Shown here: one piece after another, positions 54,655 to 64,000 of the stretch
Numbering within the stretch: the first letter of the stretch is position 1
How the letters are laid out: the number at the start of each line of letters is the position of its first letter
Origin: Nitrospirota bacterium
GTDB taxonomy: Bacteria > Nitrospirota > Thermodesulfovibrionia > Thermodesulfovibrionales > Dissulfurispiraceae
Direction of reading: 5' to 3'
Assembly (NCBI GenBank): GCA_963790025.1
Contig: CAWBMP010000004.1
Span: 288,001 to 352,000 of the forward strand
Length of the DNA: 64,000 nucleotides
The notes under the pieces: model-generated
Seen by the model: the letters and a program-made list of their open reading frames with translations, nothing else
Databases searched by the model: none
Told to the model about the DNA's origin: nothing
Translations under genes and position numbers: made by a program

Positions 54655-55626
54655 TTGGCTGAGAAAATTATTCTTATCGGGAACCCCATAGCAGGCGGGG
54701 GGGCGGGGTCCAAGATTAAAAAGGCCTCCGATCTCCTCGTAAAAAAAGGATACGACACAAGGCTTATGTTCACCGGCAAAAAAGGTGATGCCGAGGCTTT
54801 CGCCAGAGGTATTACAGCCCAGCCCGTGCGGCTGGTCATTGCCGCCGGCGGCGACGGTACCTATAACGAAGTAGCCAATGGCCTGGTCCGGTCAAATATC
54901 CCCATGGCAATACTCCCCCTGGGCACCAGTTCGGTACTTGCTCGGGAGCTGCATATTCCCCTCACAGTAAAAAAGGCGCTGGAAATTGCCCTAAGCGGCA
55001 ATGTACGGACAGTACATCTCGGCAAGATCACATTTATATCTCATAGCTCATCGCCTGCTGCTCATAAAAATAACGGCAATATATCAAAGGACACGGTCAC
55101 TCGTTATTTTCTCCTGATGACCGGTATAGGTTTCGATGCCGAAGCGGTCTTCGGCGTTAATGAAATGATAAAAAAATTCACCGGCAAAGTCGCGTATTTC
55201 TTGAGCGGACTTAAAGTACTGGCGCATTATGACCCCGGCTTAATAACACTTTCGATCAAACACGATTCATCAGACGCCGGACCGACGCGGGAAATCTCAG
55301 CGTACGCTGTAATCATCGGCAAGGCATCCCGTTACGGCGGCACTTTCAGGGCAACTCCCGATGCACGGCTATCCGAGCCCTATTTTTATGTTTTTGCTAC
55401 ACATAAAAATAACAGAAGCGCCCTCTTCCGTTACGTGACCGGGGTCATGAGCGGAAAACATATCGCCTTCAGCGATATCAGCTATTTGAAAGCCGCAGAA
55501 ATTGTCGTGGGAGGTGAAGCCCCCGTGCAGATCGACGGTGATTATGAAGGGACGACGCCTGCAAAAATAGAAATAGAAAAAGACGCCCTCAGCCTGGTAA
55601 CTGCCCCGGAGTTCACGCAAATATAA
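54655..55626 (+). CDS. YegS/diacylglycerol kinase family lipid kinase
   Basis: NPIAG, GGDGTYNEV.NG, LPLGT, GIGFDA, QIDGD; start likely TTG 54655 after GAGGTG. Confidence 0.92.
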   Translation: MAEKIILIGNPIAGGGAGSKIKKASDLLVKKGYDTRLMFTGKKGDAEAFARGITAQPVRLVIAAGGDGTYNEVANGLVRSNIPMAILPLGTSSVLARELHIPLTVKKALEIALSGNVRTVHLGKITFISHSSSPAAHKNNGNISKDTVTRYFLLMTGIGFDAEAVFGVNEMIKKFTGKVAYFLSGLKVLAHYDPGLITLSIKHDSSDAGPTREISAYAVIIGKASRYGGTFRATPDARLSEPYFYVFATHKNNRSALFRYVTGVMSGKHIAFSDISYLKAAEIVVGGEAPVQIDGDYEGTTPAKIEIEKDALSLVTAPEFTQI

Positions 55627-55749
55627 AGGTTTCGTAAAAAGCTCCATAGGCAAGGCGCGCAAATCCTGACGAATGAGTCGTACTTTGGTGTACGTCGCAG
55701 TGAGGAGGGATGCAGCGCAACGCAGATTATGGACTTTTTACGAAACCTC
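55626..55749. mobile_element. MITE-like element (~124 bp) with perfect 15-bp TIRs, flanked by TA
   Basis: aggtttcgtaaaaag (55627-55641) / ctttttacgaaacct (55734-55748); core TGAGTCGTAC-N7-GTACGTCG. Confidence 0.85.
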
Positions 55750-56582
55750 TACATGTAGCCGAGTTCTCGCAGGTGCTCCATAACCTTCTCTTTTTCCTGT
55801 CCCCGTCCCACTCTTTCCGGAGTGTGCTCCAGGTCCTGCATCCACGCCGGAACATCACTATTTCTTCCCGTAGAACACCTGGCGCCGAGAGAACGATAAC
55901 CAAGTTTATAAAGTTTATTGTGCGGAATGTCATTTTTGGAAATAGTAATCCATATATCGCGTTCGCTGAGGTGAAGGACAGGGTGCACCCTCATATGATC
56001 AGGCTTTGTGCGAGGACTGAAAAACTCTTCACTTTTTCTAGCTTCGTGTTCGTCCCACCGTATGGCGGTGGAAAGGGCCTTTACTTTATTCTTAACAATA
56101 AATTCCCTCAGGGGGACGGTTTTCATCAAATGATTGCACACTTCAGAATCAGGCATGAAATGAAATTGAGGTTTATTAAAATCATCTTCTTTAAGAGCAA
56201 GCTGATTGCTTTCGTTAAGATCAGACACCTTTACTATATCGCCGACAGTGGAAACTTTTGAAATAACATCTTCATTCTTGATAAAGATAATATCCAATGA
56301 CCATAATTCTTTTATGTAATTGACAAATTCCAATATTTCATCAAATACATCTCCTTCGTCAATAAATACACACTTGGGCAGTTTTATGCCGAACTCTTCG
56401 CAAACCTGTTTGTATATCCAAATCGAGGTTGTACTGTCTTTTCCTCCTGTCATGGCAATTGCCATATTTTCAGGCTTGAAGCGATCAATCGCTTCCTTGA
56501 TTACCTCTTTTGATACGTTGATCTTTTCTTCGTTGCTCAACGAACCCAGTATCGAATGAAGCTGGCCCATTTCAGGAATCAT
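55749..56582 (-). CDS. PAPS reductase family protein (CysH/CysD-like)
   Basis: TGGKDS PP-loop, CNHLMKTVPL, AIRWDE...R, RVHPVL, LY.LGYRSLG, ER.GR...KE. Confidence 0.88.
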   Translation of the reverse strand: MIPEMGQLHSILGSLSNEEKINVSKEVIKEAIDRFKPENMAIAMTGGKDSTTSIWIYKQVCEEFGIKLPKCVFIDEGDVFDEILEFVNYIKELWSLDIIFIKNEDVISKVSTVGDIVKVSDLNESNQLALKEDDFNKPQFHFMPDSEVCNHLMKTVPLREFIVKNKVKALSTAIRWDEHEARKSEEFFSPRTKPDHMRVHPVLHLSERDIWITISKNDIPHNKLYKLGYRSLGARCSTGRNSDVPAWMQDLEHTPERVGRGQEKEKVMEHLRELGYM

Positions 56583-56749
56583 AATATATTATACCTTCCT
56601 TCTTTTGTCTGCTGCCTATCACCATAAAGTTTAAAGTCAATCGGCAAAGATTGTCAAGCATTTCTATGCGCGCATATTCACTACTTACCTCCTTCTTTCT
56701 ACCTTTACCTGTGTCTTCCGGTTCAAATTCCGGCTTCTTCAAAGGGCTC

Positions 56750-56778
56750 TTGATTAATACAAAATTATTGTTTAAAAT
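56750..56778 (+). promoter_or_regulatory. Possible sigma70 promoter of the por operon
   Basis: TTGATT, 17 bp, TAAAAT, 50 bp upstream of the porC ATG. Confidence 0.55.
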
Positions 56779-56827
56779 ATTAGACTTGCAGGGAATTTTT
56801 TTTGCATCATGCACGAAGGGAGGGGAA

Positions 56828-57403
56828 ATGGCTGAAACTTTAGAAATAAGATGGCATGGCAGAGGCGGCCAGGGTACGGTTACAGGCGCTAAAGTATATG
56901 CTGAAGCGTGTCTCAGCAGTGGAAGACATGTTCAGGCATTTCCTGAATACGGGCCTGAAAGGTCGGGAGCTCCTGTAAGGGCTTTTAACCGTGTAAGCTC
57001 AAAAGAAATCAGAGTGCACTGTCCTGTCCTGAGACCCAATGTAGTAATTGTTGTGGACGCAACATTGCTGGATGCGATTGATGTAACGGAAGGCGCTCCG
57101 GACAATGCAATGTTCCTGATCAACACCCCCAAAGATCCAGGGGAGATCAGGAAAAAACTCAAGGTAAAAGCCACGCAGAAGATCTTTACCGTCGATGCTA
57201 CGGGAATAGCCATTGACAACATCGGAAAGGCGATGCCCAATGCCGCTTTGGTCGGCGCACTGGGGAAAGTGGTTGAGATGACAAGTTTTGACGCTATTCA
57301 TGAAAGCGTAAGAAAAAGTTTTGGAAAAAAGTTTTCTCAAAAAATAATAGTCGGCAACCTTTACGCCTTGCAGACTGGCTACAAGGAGGTAAAGGAAGGA
57401 TGA
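56828..57403 (+). CDS. porC: Pyruvate:ferredoxin oxidoreductase gamma subunit
   Basis: EIRWHGRGGQG, QAFPEYGPERSGAPV; ATG 56828 after GGAGG. Confidence 0.93.
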   Translation: MAETLEIRWHGRGGQGTVTGAKVYAEACLSSGRHVQAFPEYGPERSGAPVRAFNRVSSKEIRVHCPVLRPNVVIVVDATLLDAIDVTEGAPDNAMFLINTPKDPGEIRKKLKVKATQKIFTVDATGIAIDNIGKAMPNAALVGALGKVVEMTSFDAIHESVRKSFGKKFSQKIIVGNLYALQTGYKEVKEG

Positions 57404-57696
57404 AACTAAAAGGGTGGAAAGATTTGACGCCCGGTGCAGTAATTATCGAACCGGGCAATTCAGTTAAGTTTAAGACGGGTTCCTGGAGGGCTTTCAGGCC
57501 TGAATGGATCGAGGACAACTGTATTCACTGTCTGTTTTGCTGGGCCTATTGCCCTGATATGGCTGTCAAGGTCAAAGACGGCAAAAGGGTCCAATTCGAT
57601 TATGACGCCTGTAAAGGATGTGGAATATGTGCTCTTGAGTGTCCCGGTAAAAGAGGCAACAAGGCTATTGTCATGAAAGAGGAGGGGAAAAAATGA
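57400..57696 (+). CDS. porD: Pyruvate:ferredoxin oxidoreductase delta subunit
   Basis: KTGSWR..RP, CIHCLFCWAYCP, CKGCGICALECP. Confidence 0.95.
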   Translation: MKLKGWKDLTPGAVIIEPGNSVKFKTGSWRAFRPEWIEDNCIHCLFCWAYCPDMAVKVKDGKRVQFDYDACKGCGICALECPGKRGNKAIVMKEEGKK

Positions 57697-58877
57697 CGCG
57701 AGCTACTGTTGCTGTTACAGGAAATGAAGCTGTTGCAGAGGCCCTCCGGCAGGTAAACCCCGATGTCAGTGCAGCATATCCCATTACCCCTGCAACCGAC
57801 ATCATGCAGCGGTTTACGGGTTTCGTGTCCAACGGAGAGGTCAAAACGGAAATGCTCCTTGTCGAGAGCGAACACAGCGCAATGAGTGCCTGTATAGGGG
57901 CGTCAGCTGCCGGCGGCAGGGTCATGACCGCAACCTCTTCCCAGGGGCTGGCCCTGATGTGGGAGGAGTTGTTCATTGCCTCAGGCCTCCGTCTTCCCAT
58001 TGTCATGTCTTTGGTAAACAGGGCGCTTTCCTCGCCTTTAAATATTCACTGCGACCATTCCGACGGCATGGGAGCGCGCGACTGCGGATGGATACAATTA
58101 TGGTGCGAGAATGCCCAGGAAGCTTACGACAATGTCATACAGGCATTCAACATTGCGGAACACATGGCTATACGGCTTCCTGTAATGGTATGTCTCGACG
58201 GCTTTATAATAAGCCATTCGATAGAAAGCATGAAATATATTGACGATGAGGCGGTAAGGAATTTTGTCGGAGATTTTAACCAGGTCCATCCTCTTCTTGA
58301 CATGGAGCATCCTGTGAGCTACGGCCCGCTGATCCTGACCGATTACTATATGGAATACAGGAGGGCCCATGCCAGTGTTATGTCAAAGGTCAAGCATGCC
58401 GTCCTCGATGCGGCCCTGGATTTCGAAAGGATTTCAGGCAGAAAATATGGTTTATTTGAAAGCTACCGGCTCGAAGATGCCGAGATAGGAATGGTCATTC
58501 TCAATTCCGCTGCCGGGACCACAAAGGATGTAATCGATGATTTCAGGGACCGGGGCATCAAGGCCGGACTTTTAAAGCCTAGGTTGTTCAGGCCTTTCCC
58601 ATATGAAGAGGTTGGAGAGGCGCTCAAACACCTGAAGGCCATTTGTGTAATGGACAGGGCGGATGCCTGGGGCGCCTCTTACGGACCATTATTTATGGAG
58701 ATCGCGTCTTGCCTTAATCCCTATAAGGACCGGCCTGTACTGATAAACAAGATATACGGACTGGGCGGCAGGGATTACCTACCCGAAAATGCGGAACTTG
58801 TCCTGGATGAACTTGTGGAGATTGCGAGTACGGGAACTGTGAAAACCTTCAAGGAATATATTGGAGTAAGGGAGTAA
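57693..58877 (+). CDS. porA: Pyruvate:ferredoxin oxidoreductase alpha subunit
   Basis: AYPITP, VESEHSAMS, TATSSQGL, YGLGGRD. Confidence 0.95.
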   Translation: MTRATVAVTGNEAVAEALRQVNPDVSAAYPITPATDIMQRFTGFVSNGEVKTEMLLVESEHSAMSACIGASAAGGRVMTATSSQGLALMWEELFIASGLRLPIVMSLVNRALSSPLNIHCDHSDGMGARDCGWIQLWCENAQEAYDNVIQAFNIAEHMAIRLPVMVCLDGFIISHSIESMKYIDDEAVRNFVGDFNQVHPLLDMEHPVSYGPLILTDYYMEYRRAHASVMSKVKHAVLDAALDFERISGRKYGLFESYRLEDAEIGMVILNSAAGTTKDVIDDFRDRGIKAGLLKPRLFRPFPYEEVGEALKHLKAICVMDRADAWGASYGPLFMEIASCLNPYKDRPVLINKIYGLGGRDYLPENAELVLDELVEIASTGTVKTFKEYIGVRE

Positions 58878-58878
58878 T

Positions 58879-59841
58879 ATGACGACACCTATAAGTTTAA
58901 AAGAACTTTCAAAAAAAGAGGATTTATTCGTTTCCGGCCACAGGATGTGCGCCGGCTGCGGTGCTCCGATCATAGTTAAAATGGTACTCCTTGCATCTGA
59001 ATATCCTGTGGTTGCCGCTTCTGCGACAGGTTGTCTCGAGGTTTCATCCTGCATATCCGAATTTACCTCATGGAAGGTACCCTGGATACACAATGCTTTT
59101 GAGAACGCCGCTGCCACCCTTTCAGGTGTGGAGACTATGTTCAAGTCACTAAAAAAACAGGGGAAGATTGACAAGGATGTAAAGTTTATCGCATTCGGAG
59201 GAGACGGAGGCACATATGATATAGGATTTCAGAGCCTTTCCGGGGCCATGGAGAGGGGAAATGACATTCTTTATGTCTGCTATGACAACGGCGCCTACAT
59301 GAACACCGGCATTCAGCGTTCAAGTGCAACCCCGTTCGGCGCCGACACAACCACTTGCCCGTCAGGGGACGTGATTCCCGGAAAGCTTCAGGACAGGAAA
59401 GACCTTACAAGGATCATAGCGGCTCACGGAGTGCCGTATGTTGCCCAGGCATCGCCGAGCCAATGGTCGGACCTCGTAAAAAAGGTCCAGAAGGCTTTGG
59501 ATATTAAGGGCCCAAAATTTATGAACATAATAGCACCCTGCAACCGCGGCTGGAGATCGAGGACCGACGATGCCATACTTTTAAGCAGGCTTGCAGTCGA
59601 GACCTGCTACTGGCCCCTATATGAGATCGAAAACGGCGTCACGCGAGTTACGCTTAAACCCAAAGTGATAAAACCCCTTGTGGATTTTCTCAAACCACAG
59701 GGACGGTTCAAGCATATGTTCGCTCCCGGCAATGAATGGATGCTGAAACAGGCCCAGGAGGGTGTTGACAAGGTATGGCAAAGGCTTTTGAAAGACGAAC
59801 AATGCAGCGCGCCTAAAGAGGCATCTGCTAAAAAACAATAG
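58879..59841 (+). CDS. porB: Pyruvate:ferredoxin oxidoreductase beta subunit
   Basis: GHRMCAGCG, TGCLEV, GGDGGTYDIG, YDN.AYMNTG.QRS. Confidence 0.95.
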   Translation: MTTPISLKELSKKEDLFVSGHRMCAGCGAPIIVKMVLLASEYPVVAASATGCLEVSSCISEFTSWKVPWIHNAFENAAATLSGVETMFKSLKKQGKIDKDVKFIAFGGDGGTYDIGFQSLSGAMERGNDILYVCYDNGAYMNTGIQRSSATPFGADTTTCPSGDVIPGKLQDRKDLTRIIAAHGVPYVAQASPSQWSDLVKKVQKALDIKGPKFMNIIAPCNRGWRSRTDDAILLSRLAVETCYWPLYEIENGVTRVTLKPKVIKPLVDFLKPQGRFKHMFAPGNEWMLKQAQEGVDKVWQRLLKDEQCSAPKEASAKKQ

Positions 59842-59867
59842 CAAAGAGTTGTCAATAAGACAAAAAG

Positions 59868-59905
59868 AGTGCCCTTGCAGGAATTCCTGCAAGGGCACTT
59901 TGTTT
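59868..59905. terminator. Bidirectional terminator between porB and rne
   Basis: 32-bp perfect palindrome agtgcccttgcaggaattcctgcaagggcact with A-rich 5' and T-rich 3' flanks. Confidence 0.85.
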
Positions 59906-59923
59906 ATTGCACACAGCGACAAT

Positions 59924-61435
59924 CTACTCCACTTCTGCTCCGGCCTCTTTTTCGGCTGCCACCTCTTTATTTACCACTTCGATGGAATATTGCCCTCCGG
60001 GAAGTTTCACATCGCCGTTGACGTTTATAGTCATATGGAACGATCTTTCGATCCCAACAATAACATCACGTTTCGCATTCATGAGGTAGTTCGCGCTTTC
60101 GACGGGAAGACGGCAATCTATGCTTTTGACAGTACCGGACGATGCCTTGGTGTGCATCTCCCTGAGGGCAGCGATTGCAACAGCCATATCAGACCTCACT
60201 ATGCCGGCGCCGCCACAGGACTCGCAAGCGGTATTCATAGTGTCGAGATATGCGGGCCGAAGCCGTTCCCTTGTCATTTCCACAAGGCCGAAGCGTGATA
60301 TTTCAGTTATATCGAAATGGGCCTTGTCAGCGCTTAAAGCATTTATCAAGCTCTGCTCCAGGTCACGTCTGTTTTTTGCGGAAGCCATATCAATAAAATC
60401 TACTACGATCAGCCCTCCTATATCGCGCAGGCGAAGCTGACGCGCAATTTCCTGCGCAGCTTCAAGGTTCGTTTTCAATGCCGTTGATTCCACATTCTCT
60501 TCTTTTCTGCTTCTGCCCGAGTTGACGTCGATTGCTGTAAGCGCCTCGGTTTTATCAAATACAAGGTATCCCTGTGAGGGGAGTTTTACAAACCGGTCAT
60601 TAATTTTTGCAATCTGCGCCTCGATCATGTGATTGGCAAAAATAGGCCGTTTTTCCTTATAGAATTTAATATTGATTTTGCGCCACGGCACCGTCCTTCG
60701 CAAGAAATCCTTGGTTTTCCGGAATGCCTCCCCATCATCGATAAGCACTTCCGCAACGTCGGCGGTCAAATAGTCCCTGACTGTCCGGACCGCTATATCC
60801 TGCTCTTTATAAATAAGCGCCGGCGCTGAAGACTTTTCTGCTTCGGTCTGAATCCTGTTCCAGAGCCTGGTGAGGTATTTAAGATCGTTGGGAAGCTCGT
60901 CGCCCGATATGTCACCAGAGGCAGTTCTGAGTATAAACCCCATGTCCTCAGGCAGTTTAAGCGAGTTGAACATTTCCTTAAGCCGGTCCCTGTCCTCCCT
61001 GTCCTCTATCTTTCTCGATATGCCGACCCTTTTCTGCCCCGGCATCATCACAATGTACCTGCCGGGAATGGATATATAGGTAGTTAAACTCGCCCCTTTC
61101 GTGTCCCGTTCGTCCTTCTCAACCTGGACAATTACTTCCTGTCCCTTTGATAATACATCCTGCACGCGCGCCCTCTTTCCTTCCTTCTTGTTCTGGAAAT
61201 ATCGGGGCTGTATCTCCCGCATCTGGAGAAAGCCCTGTTTCCTGGCCCCGAAGTCCACAAACGCAGCCTGGAGCCCAGGTTCCACGCGGGCGATCACTCC
61301 TTTATATATATTGCCTCTAAGATTCACCTTGGAAGAAAATTCCACATAAAAATCCACGAGAGTGTCGCCCTCTACAATCGCTACCCTTTTTTCTTCAGGA
61401 TACAGCGCGTTTATTAATATCTTCTTTTTCATCAT
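59924..61435 (-). CDS. rne: Ribonuclease E/G family endoribonuclease (catalytic domain, no long C-terminal scaffold)
   Basis: GNIYKG, LQAAFVD, TEALTAIDVNSG, RQLRLRDIGGLIVVDFIDM, CxxC. Confidence 0.93.
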   Translation of the reverse strand: MMKKKILINALYPEEKRVAIVEGDTLVDFYVEFSSKVNLRGNIYKGVIARVEPGLQAAFVDFGARKQGFLQMREIQPRYFQNKKEGKRARVQDVLSKGQEVIVQVEKDERDTKGASLTTYISIPGRYIVMMPGQKRVGISRKIEDREDRDRLKEMFNSLKLPEDMGFILRTASGDISGDELPNDLKYLTRLWNRIQTEAEKSSAPALIYKEQDIAVRTVRDYLTADVAEVLIDDGEAFRKTKDFLRRTVPWRKINIKFYKEKRPIFANHMIEAQIAKINDRFVKLPSQGYLVFDKTEALTAIDVNSGRSRKEENVESTALKTNLEAAQEIARQLRLRDIGGLIVVDFIDMASAKNRRDLEQSLINALSADKAHFDITEISRFGLVEMTRERLRPAYLDTMNTACESCGGAGIVRSDMAVAIAALREMHTKASSGTVKSIDCRLPVESANYLMNAKRDVIVGIERSFHMTINVNGDVKLPGGQYSIEVVNKEVAAEKEAGAEVE

Positions 61436-61734
61436 TGATCCGGGTTCTCCTTTCTTTCATTATCCGCAAATTCATTTTTATTCGAGTCTCGCTCGTTATA
61501 TACCAGTTGCAGCGCTTCGCTCAGTAGGATTTCGGGGAACCTTACAGTTGCCTCAATAACGTCCCCGATCGGGTAATCAACGAAATGCCTGTCAGGATAA
61601 ACAATCCTTATGAATGGGCGTTTCAAAATATGGCAGCGTTTAACACGTCCGCTCCGGTCTGGGAAAGTAATTATTATGTTTTCGGGGTCCTCCTCAAGAC
61701 CATAACGGGCGATAAGCTCTTTAATCCCTTCCAC
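61432..61734 (-). CDS. Hypothetical protein
   Basis: 100-aa ORF exactly filling the gap between two co-oriented genes, ATGA overlap with rne. Confidence 0.7.
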   Translation of the reverse strand: MEGIKELIARYGLEEDPENIIITFPDRSGRVKRCHILKRPFIRIVYPDRHFVDYPIGDVIEATVRFPEILLSEALQLVYNERDSNKNEFADNERKENPDQ

Positions 61735-61740
61735 TTTATC

Positions 61741-62775
61741 TCACAACCTTATGTCGTTTATTGCATCTATGAACTTTCTCAGTCTGCCGAAGTCTCTACG
61801 GTTAAAATCAACAACAAGTCTCGGCAAATCGGCAAGCGTATCCTCATCAGCCTCCTCGGGGAGAGCACCTGAGAGGAATATATCTCCTCCTGGGATCAGC
61901 ATGTCGGAAAAGCGGTCCTTTAACTCTTTAACTGCCCGGGGACTCAGCGCTGAAGCGAGTCTGACCACTAATTTTTTCTCCACATACCGCTGGCTATGAT
62001 AGCGGCGGTAGAACCTTTTTATGCATGCAATCGCATCATTAACGGAATTGGCCTGTTCAAAAAGGTCAAAATCAGACGGGCTTAGATATCCCCCTGCCAG
62101 CAATTCATCTTCCATAAACTTCTGCCACCTGGACCAGTATGTACCGCCCGGCACATCAACGAGCACAAGCGGCATGGGATTACGCTTCCCCGTCTGAATC
62201 AGGGTAAGCGTTTCCATCGCCTCATCAAGCGTGCCGAACCCGCCGGGGAAGAGCGCAACAGCACAGCTTTCCTTCAGAAATGCCACCTTGCGGTTGAAAA
62301 AATATTTGTACGTAATAAGCCGCGGGTTGCCCTCGAGAGCCGGGTTTGGGCTTTGTTCAAAAGGAAGGCGTATATTTACACCGAAGGAATATTCCGGACC
62401 GGCCCCTTCGTTGACCGCCTGCATAATCCCGCCTCCTCCTCCGGTTATTACCATATATCCTTTCTCGGAGAGCCTTAGTCCGAAAAGCTGTGCCATGTGG
62501 TATACAGCCTCGTCCGGACTCGTTCGGGCAGACCCAAATACCGTTACCTTTCTTACGCACCGGTAAGGGCCGAAGACCTTCGAGGTAAACCTCATCTCTT
62601 TAAGCGTGGTATTCATCAGTTTCAGGTCCGCCCTCATGCCGTTTTCATTCCCTGCCTTGAGCGCAGCTATGATCATTTCCCGCACCAAGTCCGGATGGTG
62701 CACGCCAACCATCTTCATAAGCTGCTCAACAGCCTCATCTACGGGACCGTTCGTCATGGTAAAGTGAAGGCTCAT
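61741..62775 (-). CDS. LOG family nucleotide monophosphate nucleosidase, long form
   Basis: VFGSAR, TGGGGGIM, YFFNRK, FPGGFGTLDE. Confidence 0.92.
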   Translation of the reverse strand: MSLHFTMTNGPVDEAVEQLMKMVGVHHPDLVREMIIAALKAGNENGMRADLKLMNTTLKEMRFTSKVFGPYRCVRKVTVFGSARTSPDEAVYHMAQLFGLRLSEKGYMVITGGGGGIMQAVNEGAGPEYSFGVNIRLPFEQSPNPALEGNPRLITYKYFFNRKVAFLKESCAVALFPGGFGTLDEAMETLTLIQTGKRNPMPLVLVDVPGGTYWSRWQKFMEDELLAGGYLSPSDFDLFEQANSVNDAIACIKRFYRRYHSQRYVEKKLVVRLASALSPRAVKELKDRFSDMLIPGGDIFLSGALPEEADEDTLADLPRLVVDFNRRDFGRLRKFIDAINDIRL

Positions 62776-63070
62776 TTATTCATTCCCTCATCCCCATTTC
62801 CCGGGCGGGCTTTGAGGTCATCAAAAGAAAAAACATCAGGTTCGGATTTCATCAGCCAGTATTTTTTCGGCATGCTCACCTTTTAAGCGGACTTCTCATA
62901 ACACAGCTTTAAGAATATCATATATTCTACCCTAAAACATGTTAAGCCGCCAATCCTGTCAATTGCTTCGCTATGAATTACTTGCATTTTTGTGACATTT
63001 ACATTTACATTAAAATAGCGTTGAGGTAACATAAACTTGTTGCATAAACATCTTTGCCAGGAGGTCATCC

Positions 63071-64000
63071 ATGAAAAACAAGTTGCAGGTCCGTCTTATT
63101 TCTCAAATAATTATGTTATTGGCCGGCAGTTTCTTTTTGTTTGCAACCAGTGTCTTTGTTTTTGCCGAAGATGTGGTGAAGATCGGATTGAATTACCCTG
63201 CGACAGGTCCTTACGAAAGACAGGGAATAGATGAGAAGAGGGCCGCTGATATTGCGGTTGAAGAGATTAACGCAGCGGGCGGCATCCTGGGAAAAAAAAT
63301 ACAACTTGTTTACAGGGATTCAAAGGCCAATGCAAAAATTGCAAAAGAAAATGCGATTGAGCTTTTCGATAAGGAAGGCGTGCAGATGTTGTTCGGCGGC
63401 TCATCAAGCGCTGAGGCCATTGCCGATGGAAAGGTTGCCCTGGCAAAAAACAAAATCTTTTTCGGCACCTTAACTTACGCTACTGCTACAACCCAGGAAG
63501 AAGGCCACAGGCATATATTCAGAGAGAGTTATGACTCGTATATGGCAGCAAAGGCCCTGGCGCCTTACCTGAATCAAAATTTTGGCGGCAAGAAATATTT
63601 CTACGTTACCTCTGATTATATCTGGGGATGGACCACCGAAGACGCCATGAGAAAGTTTACGAATACAACTGACAAGGCCGTAAATGCTTCAGTCTTGACG
63701 AGGCTTGGCTCTCCGGACTTTAAGGACGCGTTGAGTGCGGCCAAGGAGAGCAATGCCCAGGTCCTGGTCCTCGTCCTTTTCGGCCACGACATGGAGATAG
63801 GAGTAAAGCAGGCTTACGAGATGGGACTGAAAAAGACCATGCAGATTGTAGTTCCAAACCTCACCCTCGATATGGCGGCCGGCGCAGGTCCGGAGGCAAT
63901 GGAGGGAATTCTCGGCGCAACCCCATGGTACTGGGACGTTCCATTTAAATTCAACTATCCTAAGGGGATTGCCTTTGTAAAGAAATTCGAGGACCAATAT
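63071..64000 (+). CDS. Periplasmic substrate-binding protein (branched-chain amino acid/LivK-like); 3' end runs off the window
   Basis: Not in the ORF track; GGAGG then ATG 63071; signal peptide then VKIGLNYPATGPY...AVEEINAAGGILGKKIQLVYRD, GGSSS, DYIWGW. Confidence 0.9.
   Translation, partial: MKNKLQVRLISQIIMLLAGSFFLFATSVFVFAEDVVKIGLNYPATGPYERQGIDEKRAADIAVEEINAAGGILGKKIQLVYRDSKANAKIAKENAIELFDKEGVQMLFGGSSSAEAIADGKVALAKNKIFFGTLTYATATTQEEGHRHIFRESYDSYMAAKALAPYLNQNFGGKKYFYVTSDYIWGWTTEDAMRKFTNTTDKAVNASVLTRLGSPDFKDALSAAKESNAQVLVLVLFGHDMEIGVKQAYEMGLKKTMQIVVPNLTLDMAAGAGPEAMEGILGATPWYWDVPFKFNYPKGIAFVKKFEDQY

Noticed and set aside
56651..56827. N-terminal extensions in the ORF track (porC here; also pmbA, cydB, rrf2, pgpA, yedF, livH, livF, lipid kinase, patatin)
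   Set aside because: They run through promoters, repeats or upstream genes; downstream starts have better RBSs and match family N-termini.
62988..63012. CRP/FNR-like site (TGTGA) and ACATTT x3 upstream of the last gene
   Set aside because: No matching TCACA half-site; short AT-rich repeats are expected by chance in promoter DNA.
1..64000. Autonomous IS, prophage, defence system, tRNA or rRNA genes
   Set aside because: No transposase, integrase, phage or defence motifs among the translated ORFs and no tRNA/rRNA signature seen by eye; tRNAscan-SE and HMM searches were not run.

Overview
A gene-dense bacterial chromosomal segment, most likely from an anaerobic or microaerophilic Nitrospirota/Desulfobacterota-type organism (taxonomy inferred from gene content only). 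About 60 CDSs, mostly housekeeping: a selenocysteine NAD-linked formate dehydrogenase (nuoEF-like subunit + fdhA with in-frame TGA and SECIS), cydAB with an Rrf2 regulator, pgpA-thpR-recA-recX-alaS-ubiB, queD/queE, bioB/bioW, ppdK, livHMGF, a peptidoglycan-recycling cluster (nagA, DUF1460, ampG, nagZ), nadE, porCDAB and rne. Both end genes are truncated and absent from the ORF track: an M1 peptidase-ChaN-PDZ fusion and an ABC substrate-binding protein. I saw no tRNA, rRNA, CRISPR array or transposase. The most unusual content is non-coding: (1) a candidate stand-alone ~235-nt multi-hairpin RNA with its own near-consensus sigma70 promoter and terminator (7.1-7.35 kb), sitting between an orphan protein, a half GEMM-like aptamer, a MITE and a PilZ-HDOD-degenerate AAA+ protein; (2) more than a dozen inverted arrays of 6-9-bp tandem repeats with a shared architecture but locus-specific units, some translated inside proteins; (3) several dispersed miniature inverted-repeat families, one inserted in frame into rlmI and rsmI. 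All structure and homology calls were made by eye and need computational confirmation.
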